The notes below the pieces were generated by a model that saw only the letters and a program-made list of their open reading frames with translations, did not search any database and was not told where the DNA came from. A stretch of 64,000 nt of DNA, from contig CM052825.1 in NCBI GenBank assembly GCA_028534125.1, positions 6,758,001 through 6,822,000 of the forward strand, written 5' to 3'. Of this stretch, positions 49,449 through 61,502 are shown piece after piece. Every line of letters starts with the position of its first letter. The stretch's first letter is position 1. The position numbers and the translations under genes were made by a program. Origin of the DNA: Lama glama (taxonomy: Eukaryota).

Positions 49449-52400
49449 TCACAGGGGTCTCCCCTCAAAGGAGAGTGAGATTTGCAGGAGTTCCCGCCCT
49501 AGCTCTTGCTGCCTCCCACCAGGACCGAACTCAGCTGACAGCTCCCTGAAGGTGGCGCTCACGCGGCGGGCCTCGATGTGTCTGCGGTGGATGGCGTGCT
49601 TCCACTGGTGCCGCGCGGCTCCCGTGAGCACCAGCAGAGAGCGGCGGGGCAGGGGGACGGCCACCTCCACCTCCTGGCACAGAACGGACCTGCTGGGGGC
49701 CATCACGCCTTCCACCAGGGCCTCCGGGAAGCCGGATGGGGCCAGGCAGAGCAGCAGGCTGCCAGGTGCCTCCCGGGACATGGACAGCACAGTGGAGGAC
49801 AGCAGGTTGAGGCTCACTAGCCGTTCCCCCCACAGCCAGGCGTCATCCAGGTGGGGGTCGATGGCCGAGCCCCGCTCTGGGCAGTAGTCCAGGTTACACT
49901 GCTCCACGGGCCGGAAGTCCTCCAGGACAGGGTAGAGGCCCATTCTCCGCACCACCTCCCGGCTGAAGCTGGGGAGGCCTTGGAAGCCAGCGGTCTTTAG
50001 CTTCTGTTTCCGAAAGTTGACCTTGGGGCCATAGTCCTGAAGGATGAGGACAAAAAGGGAGTGAGGGATTGAGTTTACAGAAATGGCATCACACACCAGG
50101 GCTGAAGAATCCAAACACAGTGGCCAAGACGAGCAAAGATTTCTGACTTCATGGACCTGACATTCCAGCAGGAGGAGGCCAGCACCAAGAAGATAAATAG
50201 GAACAGCAAACATCAGATGGCAGTAAGTGCTGAGGGGTAAAATAAAGCAGGGAAAGGAGATATGAAGTGTCAGTGGGAGGTCTCAGCCCAGGTACTGCAG
50301 GAAGTGGAGCTAGAGACAAGAGGCCCGTGTGCAGGCAGTGTCCCCGGGAGGAGTTGGGACCCGGGAAGAAAGAGCAGCGAGGCAGGGAAGGCCAGCCCCA
50401 GGCAGCATCACCCAACTGGCCACCACTGGGCATGACTGGGCTTTAGGACCACAAGGGAGAACAGTTTCCACAGGACCTAGCAGCAGATCCACTCCTAGCT
50501 TCACACCCAAGAGAACTGAAAACACAAGTCCATGCAGAAATCTGTACTCGAATGTTCACAGCACTGTTCACAACAGCCAAAAAGTGGAAGTAACCCAAGT
50601 GTCCGCCAAGGATGAATGATGAACAGAGGCATCTATCCATACAATGGAATATTCAGCCACAAAAAGCAGTAAAGCCCTGACACAGGCTGCAAAGTGTCGA
50701 ACCCTAAAAGTGTTACATTCAGTGCAAGACACCTGACACAGAGGGTCGCATGTTCCATAATCCCGTTCATATGACTGTCCAGAAGAGGCAAATCCCGAGA
50801 CAGAAAGTAGGCTAGTGGTGGCTGGGTGATGAGGGAACGGGGAATGACTGCTAATAGGTACCAGTTTCCTTTGGGGTGAAGAGAATGTTCCAGAACTAGA
50901 CAGTGGGTGGTGGTTGCACAACACTGTGGCTTTACTGAAAACCAAGCCACTGAATTATACCTTGAAATGGGTGAATTTTATGGTATGTGGCTTCTATCTA
51001 AAAAAGGAAACAAAACAAAAAAACATTTGGGAGGAGGGAGCCTTGTAGAATTCACCTCAGATCTGTGGCCCGAAGGGTAAAAGAGGGGCTCATCTATTTG
51101 CCGACCACTGCCCCCTGGGGGTCCCCCTCCAGCGGAGGCTGGAGGCTGGCTCCACCTGGTGGCAGTCTTTCTCCATCTCTGCATGGCTCAGTGCCAGGGC
51201 CCGCGGGCTCCTGCAGGCCGCCCGGACCCCTCAGCAGTGTTGAGATGGGAGGCCTGAAGGGTCTGTAACAGAGCAGTGACGAGAAGTCAGTGGGGTCACT
51301 TGCTCCCTACTGAAACCGCCTGAGGAGGGGCGAGGTCTGCGCAGGACACGCCTGCAGCAGGTGCTGGCGGTGGCCTGGGGTGTATGTTCTCAGATTCAGA
51401 AAGAAAGAGCTGACAGGAATCACCAGTGAGAGACAGAGAAATCAGGAAAGATCCACGGTCTCTGGCCTGAGCAGGTGGAAGATGGAATTTGCCGACAAGG
51501 AGACACGGCACGGGGGCGCTGCTGTGGGAGAAGGGCCACATCTCAGCTTAGGGTCCAACAAACAGGAGACGTGGGGGTGCTGGAGGCAGGAACACAAAGT
51601 CCTGAACACATCGATGTGTGGAGCCGGGCCTCACAAAAACCAGCAAGGGAGTGTCTAGAGAAGGACGGGGGAGGCCCAAGGACTGAGCCCGAGAACAGGC
51701 CTCTGGGTTTAGGGCAAGGGGTCAGCAGTGGAAGCAGTTTTCGAGTGGGAGCAGGAGGAGAGGAATCGAAGAGAGTAACTTTTGAGAAGCTCTGCTGCAG
51801 AGACAAGAGAGATGGAACTTGCTGGGAGGCCAGTGGGAAAGGCCCAGTCGAGGCAAGCCTATCTTAAGGAGACACAAGGCCGCGTAAGAGGAGTCGGCAT
51901 CCAGCATGCAGCTGCGCGGGGCTGGGAGAGGAGCTGGGCACAGGCGAGACGGGCGGCGTGTGCACAGCGCAGGCGCCGCGGCAGAGGCACTGCTGCTTGG
52001 CCCCTAACGGCCCTGGGGGCTGGGGGGTGGCAGCAGAGGAGGGCACTGAGAGGAAGCGGGGGCAAAGGGGCCCCAGGGTTAGGAGCCTGAAAGGGACCTG
52101 CAGCACAACTGTCCTCTCTGGCTGGCCCAGCCCTCCTCCCCAAGCTCTGCGCCGGCCTACCTGCTTCCTCCGCCCAGACTGTGAGAGCTTCCAGGGTTCA
52201 CAGTCCATCAGCTGCACCATCTCGGCTTCTTCCTCCTGAGTCACGAAGTCCTCGATCAGTGTCACGCCTGGGAAGGGGAAGGCCCAGCCTTCAAAGTCAG
52301 ATTCCTCAGCCCCCACGGCCCAGCCAGTGTCAACATAGTAAATGAACCGGTGTGTTTTCTGCAAAAGAAAGGCAGGGGTCGTGTAAGCCCAAGGAACAGC

Positions 52401-54354
52401 CTCCGCCCAGCAGTTCACCCTCCCTGCACACTTTAGAGGGCAGCTGGAGTCTAGAGAGAGGTGGGACCCCTGCCCTGGGCCACCTCCTGGGAAAGGCCCC
52501 CAGCTCCCCCACTTCCTACATCCCTCATCTGTAAAAGGGAAGAGCGTCCCATAACCATTCTTACATTCTCCATTTTACAGATGAGGCCACTGAGGCTCAG
52601 CAGTTAAGGAACTAGCCCGAGGCTGCATAGCTGGGGAGCAGCCTTCACGGCCACAGGGCTCCTGTGTTGCTGTGAGGTACCTTCTGTCCTCTCCAGGCTG
52701 GTGAGGATGAAAGGAGAGGACTGTGAGAAAGTAACTGGCCCTGACCAGGAGTTCGAGAAATAAGGCCCCAGGAGTGTTCAGGGGGTGAGCAGCACATGCT
52801 GGGAGCTCTTTCCGGCTACAGTGGGGGTGTCTCTGGGCCCCAATCTACACTATGGAAGCCACAGATACTGCCTGAGTTTCCCTTCAATAAAGAGCAGAAC
52901 TTGCCAGTCCCCCTTGAGGAGTGCTGGGCTCGGGCTGACGACCTCCTGCGGCAGGGCCTTCAGGAGCTGCCTCCAGTTTCCAGCAGAGGCCACCTTCATC
53001 CTGAGCCTCCAGCCAGTGACCCAGCATGAGCCTGGCCATTTCTGCCCAACCCGGGACTGCCTACCAGGTAGCCTTTGCTCCAGAGCTTCCGGTTAGGTTG
53101 GCCATAACTTTGTCGGATCTACATTGCAGTCTGAGGGGCCCCCTGCCCCAGGAAATCGGCTTCCTCCCCTTTATGTTCTACAGGCATTGCCAGCACCCTT
53201 GCCTATCTCTGAACCATCACGTCCTCTGTCCCCTGGCGGGACACACGGAAAGTAAGGAGTCACCCTGCATATTTCACTCGTTCCTTAGCCATCAGGTCAG
53301 GAAGATGCTACCCCCTTGGTGCCTTGAGCCTCCACACCCCTGCCCACGGGCACAGTTCAGACTTTTGGCAAGGCCTGAAAAACTTTTTTTTTTAAGTTTT
53401 TAATTGTAGTAAAATATATACAACCACATATATTGTATACATAAAATTTACCTTCTTAGCCATTTTTTAAACATATAGTTCACTGTGTTAAGTATATCCA
53501 CATTGTCGTGCAACCAGTCTCCAGAACTTTTTCATCTTGCAAAACTAAAACTCTACCTGTTAAACAACACCTCCCTGCCACTGGCACCCACCATTCTACT
53601 CTGTCTCTGTGATTTTGACTACTGGAGGAACCTCACATGTAAATTCACATGTAAAACCTTCCTTTAAAACCCTCAAGAGCTCACCAAGGCCTTCAGGACC
53701 AGTCCAGCCTACTTGACCACAGTAGTAGGTAGGATGGACTCACCCCCCGTCGTCTGAAGCATCACTCACCTTCCCCAGGCCTTGGCTCAAGCAATTCCCC
53801 AGGTGGAGCGCCCTTGCTCCACTCAGAGGCTCTGAGTCCTTTTTCGTTAATTCATTGGAATTAATTTCCTCTTTGCCCATTTTCGTCTAAGGCCTTGTGG
53901 GGCCCTTCGCCCTGGTTTTCGGCACCTTCTACTCTCCCCGGGCCGTCTCCCCATGGCCCCTGAAGCTCTCAACTCCAGACATGGGGGCTACGTTTGCTGT
54001 CGGACAGGTTCCAGAGGTGAGCTGTGGTCGGACTGCACCCACGTCTCAGCCCCTTCCCCACTGCAAGCCCACTCCTCAAAGCCCTCATCTCCTCTCCCCA
54101 CAACGCCTCCAGGGCCAGGGCCACTGACACGGTTTGATCCGGAGCCCGTCTTTCAGGGCCATCCCGGGCCTCAGTTTCCCCGGATGAAGAGTGGCGTTAG
54201 TTATAGGTGTGGCCTCTCTCCCAGCCCTCACCTGCGGGGGGTGCTGCCAGGGCGGGTCACCTCCGCGCTGGCGCTCGCAGACCAGACAGGTCCGGATGCC
54301 CTTGCAGCCGCATTCCCGAAGGACCTCAGGGGCCGCCACCGCCGCGGCCGCCAT
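49449..54354 (-). CDS. ALKBH4: Fe(II)/2-oxoglutarate dioxygenase AlkB homolog 4, 302 aa; complement(join(49449..50036,52161..52358,54232..54354))
   Basis: MAAAAVAAPEVLRECGCKGIRTCLVCE.. | KTHRFIYY..WKLSQSGRRKQ | DYGPKVNF..IDPHLDDAWLWGERL..WKHAIHRRHIEARRVSATFREL... It has the HxD...H triad and the C-terminal Arg residues. Exons are 123+198+588 nt with GT-AG introns. Confidence 0.97.
50470..51020 (+). mobile_element. L1MB-like 3' end in ALKBH4 intron 2
   Basis: gaatgttcacagcactgttcacaacagccaaaaagtggaagtaacccaagtgtcc..atccatacaatggaatattcagccacaaaa..gaaatgggtgaattttatggtatgtg. Confidence 0.8.
53385..53640 (-). mobile_element. L1MB-like 3' end in ALKBH4 intron 1
   Basis: acataaaatttaccttcttagccatttttaaacatatagttc..ctccagaactttttcatcttgcaaaactaaaactcta. 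Confidence 0.75.
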
Positions 54355-54572
54355 TACCGCGTCCTGGCACCCAGGACGCAGGCGCGGGGCCGCGGGGGCC
54401 GCTGGGAGTTGTAGTCCAAGAGCAGGGCATGAGATCCTCCAGGATACTTCCTTCCGGTCGTCGCCGCCGACCGATTCGCGCGGCGCCACCTCCTGGACTC
54501 GGCCAGCCGCTGGCGCCAGCTCCAGGACTCCAGTGCCGCCGATCCGGTCAACGCGGGCCGCGCCTCCTCGCC
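54355..54572. promoter_or_regulatory. Bidirectional CpG-island promoter ALKBH4/LRWD1
   Basis: Divergent ATGs are 218 bp apart. Contains the ZNF143/THAP11 motif TGGGAGTTGTAGT (54403-54415), ETS/GABP CTTCCGG (54451-54457) and a YY1-like GCCGCCATT over the ALKBH4 start. Confidence 0.9.
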
Positions 54573-57500
54573 ATGGGCCCCCTCTCGGCGCGGCTGCTGA
54601 TCCAGCGGGGGCGACCCAAGAGCGACCGGCTGGGAAAGATCCGGAGCCTGGAGTAAGGGCCGGGGCCTTACAGCTCGCCACCCGGGCCTGGGTCGCGGGA
54701 TGATCGGGAAAATAGGCTGAGACCCTTCTCTTTTCGTTGGTCGACCCGGTTATAGCCCTGTTGGCTCCACAGAGTCTCTAATCACTGGAGCCAAATGCCG
54801 TCCTCGCCATAAGTTGGGCCATGGGCCTGGAGCGGCATTACCCCAGAAAAGGGCCTGTGCTGCTAGGGAGACAGACAATCTTGCAGAAAAAATATGGAGC
54901 AACCTGTTGAGATATTTTCAGAGGACCTGGAAAGCACAGAGGAGCCCCCCTAGAGGATCAGGAAAAGCATCCTGGAGGAGGCCAGCTCCCCCGAGTTCTA
55001 AAATAGTTACAAGATTAAAATAAGGTGGGGGGGATTTGGAGGAGAGGCTTCGCATGAACAAGACATGTCAAGTGAAAACGCCTTTGGAGGCGCCATGGGC
55101 TGCCTGCCCCCTGAACCCTCCTTGTCTGCCTCCTCCCCAGCCTATCGGGGCTGAAGCTGCTCTCAGAGCACTTGGACCCCAAGCTCCTGAGCCGCCTGAA
55201 GCAGCTGCAAGAGCTGGACCTCTCCAACAACCAACTGGAGACGCTGCCCGCCAACCTGGGCCTGTCCCACCTGCGCATCCTCCATTGTGCCAACAACCAG
55301 CTGGGTGATGTCACCGCCCTGTGCCAGTTCCCACAGCTCGAGGAGCTCAGCTTGGAGGGCAACCCCTTCCTGACAGTAAGTGATGGCCCCCAGTGGCCCC
55401 ACATCCAGGGCCAGCAGTCTGTGGGCTGGGGCTCAGCAGCCCCTGAGCCCTAGGTTGGGCGACCCCAAGCCTCTCTTCTCACATCCTCCAGGTCAGTGAC
55501 AACCTGAAAGTTTCCTTCCTCCTGCCCAAGCTCCGTAAAGTCAATGGCAAGGATGCTTCCTCAACTTGCTCTCAGGTGGAGAACTTGAACCGGGAGCTGA
55601 CCATCAGGGTAAGGGGCAGGGAGGTGTTGCTGGTGAGCAGTCAGGGGCCTCCAGGAGCAAGTGACAGAATTAGACATTTGGAGGACACTAACGGGGGTTA
55701 CAGGGGCTCTCTGCCCCAACCATGAGCAGCCCTGAGCCCCTAGCCTGACCTGTTACTCTGAGCCTGGCTGTGATGCTTGGCCTCTTGTTCTTGGAGGTCC
55801 TGCCCTCTGCCTGTGCAGGCAGGGCCTGGCAGGGAAGGCTGGGACACTTTCATGGTGACTTAACTCTGGGCCAGCTCCTCCCTTCTGGGGCAGTTTCTCT
55901 TTGTGTGTTGCTTGGGTTTGTACCACTTGCAGCTAAGAAGTCTGTGGTTCAGGGAGGCTTCCAGGAGGTGAGGTTGAGATAACCTCTGGCCATGAGATTG
56001 GAGGCAGAGGTGCCATGGAGGGTCCAGGAGAGCTGGGGTGGGCTGGGCCTGAATCTGGTCCCTTTCATGCCAGGTTACAGCTCACTGGGAGAAGTTCATG
56101 GCCACACTGAGCCCAGAGGAGGGGGCGGAAAAGGCCCAGGCAGACTTTGTGAAGTCTGCTGTCCGGGATGTCCGCTACGGGCCCGACTCTCTCAGCGACT
56201 TCACCCAGTGGCGGGTATGTCCTCAGCCCGCTGTGCTGGGAGTCGGTTCTCACAGCTCCTCCCTGGTTCCTGCAGCCTGAGCCACCGTGGAGGACTCTGG
56301 CCACAAGGGGATTTGGGGAGTGGGGCAGGTCAGGGAGGGCAGCCCTGCTGGCTGGAAATGCTCCTTGCCAACTTGGAAAGCACCCTCTGACTAGGAGTCT
56401 GGGCAGGTGCTAGAGGCCCCCAGGACTGTGCCCAGCTTCCTAATGGCCTGGCCCCACCTAGGTGCGGATGATCTCTGAGGAACTGGTGGCCTCTGGTAGG
56501 GCTCAGGTGCATGAGGCTGACATCCCAGAGAAGCCCCCCCAAGCTACAGCTACACTGGAACCCAGGGTGAGTTCCGGGGAACTCCCAGGGCCTGCTATGG
56601 CCCTTCCTGCCCAGGGAGGCAGCAGGGAAGCAGGTGTCATGGAAATGAGCCCAGGAAATGGCCTCCAATCCCTGAGCTGGTTACTTCTGACCCTAGGCCA
56701 GCCCTTGCCTCCTGTACTCGTGGGAGGGCACAGTCCAGCCTCTGATGGGGAGGAAGGAAGTCCTGGGCAGATGCACCCATGGTCACCAGGCCCTCAGCCT
56801 GCCTGCCTGTCTCCCTGCCCTTTCCACAGGTCAGGCCAGTGGCCTCGAAACGACTGGGCGATGTCCCACTCAGCCTCTCTCCCAACAAGCGGATGTGCAC
56901 CTCCCCGTTGGCCCAGGTGGAGGGCAGCCCCATGGGCCCTGATGGCAACCAGGTAAGCTAGCAGGGTGGCAGGGAGTGTGTGGCGGGAGCAAGGGCTGGG
57001 ACCGCTGTGACCCCCCCCTTCCTCCACAGCCTGCCCTGCAGCTGGAGCCCCTGCACTTCCTGCAATGCCACAGCAAGAACAACAGTCCTCAGGACCTGGA
57101 CACCCAGCTCTGGGCCTGCGCCTTCGAGCCGGCCTGGGAGGAGGGTACACCCTTGGTGGGCAGGCAGGGCGAGGGCCACAGGGAACAAGCAGAACAAGCA
57201 TCCTGGGCAGGGGGCCTGGGGATGCCAGCTGAAGGGGGTGGCCTGGGTGGATGGGGGATTTGGCAGCAGGGGGAACAGAGAACTTGAAAAATGTCATCAA
57301 GGGCAGGAGGCAGAGCTGCAGTGGGGAACCTTACAGAGGATATTTCACCAGGCTGACCCCTCAAAACAGGGCAGGCAGGGGCCACTTCCCAGACCGTGGC
57401 CACGTGTGGCGGGGAGGCCGTGTGTGTGATCGACTGCCAGACAGGCATGGTGCTGCACAAATACAAGGCGCCTGGCGAGGTGAGTGCCGGGGCCCCGTGC

Positions 57501-60500
57501 TGGCAGGGTGTCCAGCGGAGCCTCAGCTCCCGGGAGCAGGAGTGCTGGGGTCGCAGTCCAGACTCTGCCACCTGTTCACCAGGTGGCCCTTTTCTTTGAC
57601 GCCAGGCCACAGTTTCCCTGGCCCGGCCCTGCAGGCACATGCACACACGTGACCGCTCCCCTCCCCTCCCCAGGAGTTCTTCTCGGTGGCCTGGACGGCC
57701 CTGATGGTGGTCACACAGGCTGGCCACAAGAAGCGCTGGAGCGTGCTGGCAGCTGCTGGCCTGCGTGGCTTGGTCCGGCTGCTGCACGTGCGTGCTGGCT
57801 TCTGCTGTGGGGTCATCCGGGCCCACAAGAAGGCCATCGCCACCCTCTGCTTCAGCCCCACCCATGAGACCCACCTCTTCAGTAAGACCCTCTCCCTGCA
57901 CCCTCAGGGCTCCCTCAGCACCTGTGATCCGCAGCCGGACGCCTCAAGGCTCCCTCCCTGGGGTGGCAGGCAGCTCCTATGGCTGGCGGGCCTCACACCG
58001 GGCTCTGAGTTTGACTCAGGCTGGTAGAAGCAACATGGCTTCATGGACGACTGACTGGGCTTCGGATTCTGTCTTTCCCCAAAACCTGCTCTCTGGCCTT
58101 GGAGTTTCCCAGCAAGCTAGGCCACTCTGTCTGTGAGCCGGGTGGATACCCCGGCTCTCCAGGTGTGGCGAGCCAGCCCAGCAAGGGTGACATCTGAGCA
58201 GAGGCCTGCGAGGCTTGGCTGCCTGGTCTGGGGCACGTTAGGTTAGAGCAAGATAAGGATGACAGGCCCCGGAGTCTTCTGCCTCCCAGCTGTGGCCCGC
58301 CCTCCCTCCCTGCCCTGGGACCACAGTCTCAGCCTGGGATGCAGCTGCAGGAGGGAGCAGGGCCTCCTCAGGGCCACCTCTCTCCTTCCCATCTCCTTCT
58401 CAGCGGCCTCCTATGACAAGCGGATCATCCTCTGGGACATCGGGGTGCCCAACCATGATTATGAATTCCAGGCCAGGTGATGCTTTGAGGCAGGGCTTGG
58501 AAGGTGGGGGCAGGGGCACTGGCCACTGGGGTGGGTGGACACCTGAGTCTGTGGCTTCACGTTCTCCCTCACCGGCCGGCAGCCAGCTGCTCACACTGGA
58601 TGCCACCTCCATCGCCCTGCGCCTCTGCCCCGTCGCCTCCTGCCCAGATACCTACCTGCTGGCCGGCTGTGAGGGTGGCTGCTGCTGCTGGGACGTGCGG
58701 CTGGACCAGCCTCAAAAGAGGAGGTGAGAACAGGCAGGGATGCCTTGAAAGCCAATCCTTGGAGCTGGATGGCTGCCAGTCCAGGTGTTTCCCCAGGGAC
58801 ACCTGCCAGGGGTTGTGCCAAACCACGCCCCCTGTCCTGGGGGCTGTTTTCAGGGTCCTCTTCAGAGAGCTGTCCTGTTCCCACCTCCTGCTCATCTCTC
58901 GGGGAAGGGCCCCTGGGCTGGTCAGTTCCCTCCTGGGGCTGTGATCACCTCCCTTTCAACCCGAGCCTTCACTTCTGCCTGGGTCCTCCCACTCACCCAC
59001 AATGTGACTTTCCTCTGTCCAATGTGATTTCCTCATCTGTGAAGTGGAGACAATAACTCACATCCCAGGGCTAGTGGAGGGGAAGGGAACAGTGCCTGGG
59101 CAGGAACGAGGCCCCGGAAAGGCCAGGTTGAGGCTTGCGACTCATCCGAACCACCAGAAGGCCTGAGACAGTGCTTGGCAGAGGGTACCCTCGTGGGGCC
59201 CACAGCCTAGTCTGGAAGACAGGCATTAAAGTGCCACAAAGTGTGATTGATGTCAACCATGAAGGAAAGTAAGCTGCTGAGGGAAGCAGGGAGGCTGAGG
59301 GGACTCTGAGGTGACTGGTGGCAGACAGACAGGTCCTCAGGCTTATCCTCTCCATGTCAGCCCTGTGAGGGAGTCAGGCGGGCAGAGGGAGGGAAGGTGC
59401 TCACACAGAGGGAACAGCATGTGCAAAGGGCCAGTGGTGGGGAGAGCTGACTGACCAGGGAGCTCTGGCAGCAGCTTAGAAAACCATAGGGAATGGCACA
59501 GGGAAAGTTGGCAAAGCTGCGTGGGCCAGGGGACACCAGCTCTGTGGGCCATGGTAAGATCTTGAATTTTATCCAAAGAGCAGGGAATAGCCTGGGAAGG
59601 ATTTTAGGGTAGGGACTTGTAACTTGTCACAATGCCTTAGCACAGACTGTGGCAGCTATCAAGCCAGGTGCTTGTGGGGCCCCGTGCCACACATGGGAGT
59701 TCAGCCCTGGACCTGCTTCCTGCCGCCCTGCACACTCATGTCTGCCTGGTCCCCAAGTCCAGTGGCTTCTCCTCCACATCTCACATGTGTCTGCTTCTCA
59801 TGGTTGGTACTTGGCTGCCTTTCTGACCCCAGGTAGCCTCTCCAGGACTCCGGGCAGCTGCTGGCTAGCCTTTCCAAGCAGTGTGACCCCAGGCACACTA
59901 TTCAGCTTGGAAGCATTCAGCAGCCACTCCCCACTGTCCTCAGGGTCAGAGCAGACCCCTCCCCAATTTCTCCCTTCTCAGGCCTCCAGCCCTCAGCCTA
60001 GAAACACCTGCCTGCCTTCCTGGGGAACTGCTCATCTCGGTCAGCCCGAGGCACTGCCTCATTCCAGAACTCTTCCTGGCCACACCCCCACCCCTATCCC
60101 AGAAAAACTAGCCCCTCATGCTTGTAAGATCCCACCACCTGTCACTCAGTACATTCAGGCGCAGGCTCCCCCTTCCAGGGCCTGGAACAGAGGGCAGGGC
60201 CCAGAATAAGTGCCCAGTGGATATTTGAATGAGTGAGCAGCTTTTTGTTTGTGCAGCCTTCTTAGCTGACCAGCATCTTCTGTTGCCCCGCAGGGTGTGT
60301 GAAGTGGAGTTCGTCTTCTCTGAGGGCTCCGAGGCATCTGGACGGAGAGTAGATGGGCTGGCGTTTGTTAATGAGGATGTCGTGGGTGAGTGAGCCCTGC
60401 TCAGGGGACAGGCTGGCCTCCTGCAACCCAGATGGGCCGTGGTCAGGCCTTCCGGGGGTCACTTCTCCATGGGCTGGGGTTTAGGTCCAAGGGCTTCTGA

Positions 60501-61148
60501 GGGGTCCCCACTGTGGAAGAGGAATTGCCAGTCTCCATTCTTCACTCTTCCAACAGCCTCCAAGGGGAGTGGCCTGGGCACCATCTGCCTGTGGAGCTGG
60601 AGCCAGACATGGGGGAGCCGGGGCAGCCAGTCCACGGTGGCGGTGGTGGTCCTGGCTCGGCTGCAGTGGTCGCTCACCGAGCTGGCCTACTTCTCACTCA
60701 GCACCTGTCCTGGTGAGTCGCCCACCTGCCCCATCCCCGCCCCACCTCTGGGAGCTCTGCCCCACCTTAGATTCCAATCTCTGTCCTGGCAGATGAGGGG
60801 ACTGTGCTCTGTGGGGACGAGGAGGGCAACGTGTGGCTCTACGATGTCCGGCACATCCTGGCGCAGCAGCCTCCGCTGCTCGCAGCCCCACAGCCCCCCA
60901 CGCAGGTACGCATGGCTCGCACCTCTCCCCCGACGGGGCAGGTGCGGCAGAGGGGCCTGGATCAAGAAGCAGGAGCCCAGCCCCCTCTGTCTTCCCATCA
61001 GATCCTTAAGTGGCCCCAGCCCCAGGCCCTGGGCCAGACAGTGACCAGGACTATGGTGAACATGGTAGTGGCCAACTCCACCTTCACCTACCTCACCGCT
61101 CTGACGGACTCCAACATTGTTGCCATCTGGAGGAGAAACCAGCCTTGA
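54573..61148 (+). CDS. LRWD1: Leucine-rich repeat and WD repeat protein 1 (ORCA), about 651 aa; join(54573..54652,55141..55375,55492..55608,56074..56214,56462..56566,56830..56952,57030..57144,57370..57479,57674..57881,58404..58476,58583..58723,60294..60385,60557..60712,60793..60905,61002..61148)
   Basis: MGPLSARLLIQRGRPKSDRLGKIRSLDL.. then LRRs (LQELDLSNNQLETLP, LEELSLEGNPF) and WD40 repeats (HKKAIATLCFSP, TASYDKRIILWD, CGDEEGNVWLYD, LTDSNIVAIW). All 14 introns are GT-AG and 1956 nt stays in frame. The exon 8 acceptor could alternatively be 57379. Confidence 0.96.
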
Positions 61149-61246
61149 CTGTGCGGGAGCACCTGCCTCTTGCAAAGCACCAGGGACACAACTTAACTTA
61201 TTCAGCTTTGGGGGTAATGACAGGGATCTAATTATTGGTGAATACT

Positions 61247-61255
61247 TTTATTAAA
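61247..61255. terminator. Overlapping poly(A) signals: ATTAAA (+, 61250-61255; LRWD1) and AATAAA (-, 61247-61252; distal POLR2J candidate)
   Basis: Sequence TTTATTAAA about 100 nt after the LRWD1 stop. Confidence 0.65.
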
Positions 61256-61496
61256 TCCTACTATATAAGAGGGCTGAGAACTGTTTGTGGGCCCCACCTG
61301 GTGCCCCTACACTGAGTAAGTCAGGCAGACGTGGCAGCTGGGGCTTCTAGAGCAGAGATTCCAGAAGCACGTGGGTTTTCAGTTCCCTTCTGCTTCAGAT
61401 GGCCACCCCATCACCTCTACCTCCACCAAATCGACAGTCCATCTGCGATGAAGTCGCCTCTGCTTCCGTCCACATCTGGGTCTTTTCCAGCCATAC

Positions 61497-61502
61497 TTTA
61501 TT
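61497..61502 (-). terminator. Proximal polyadenylation signal (AATAAA) of POLR2J
   Basis: TTTATT on + about 170 nt downstream of the POLR2J stop. Confidence 0.7.

Noticed and set aside
57089-57901. 270-aa antisense ORF within LRWD1
   Set aside because: Shadow of GC-rich exons 7-9 and their short introns.
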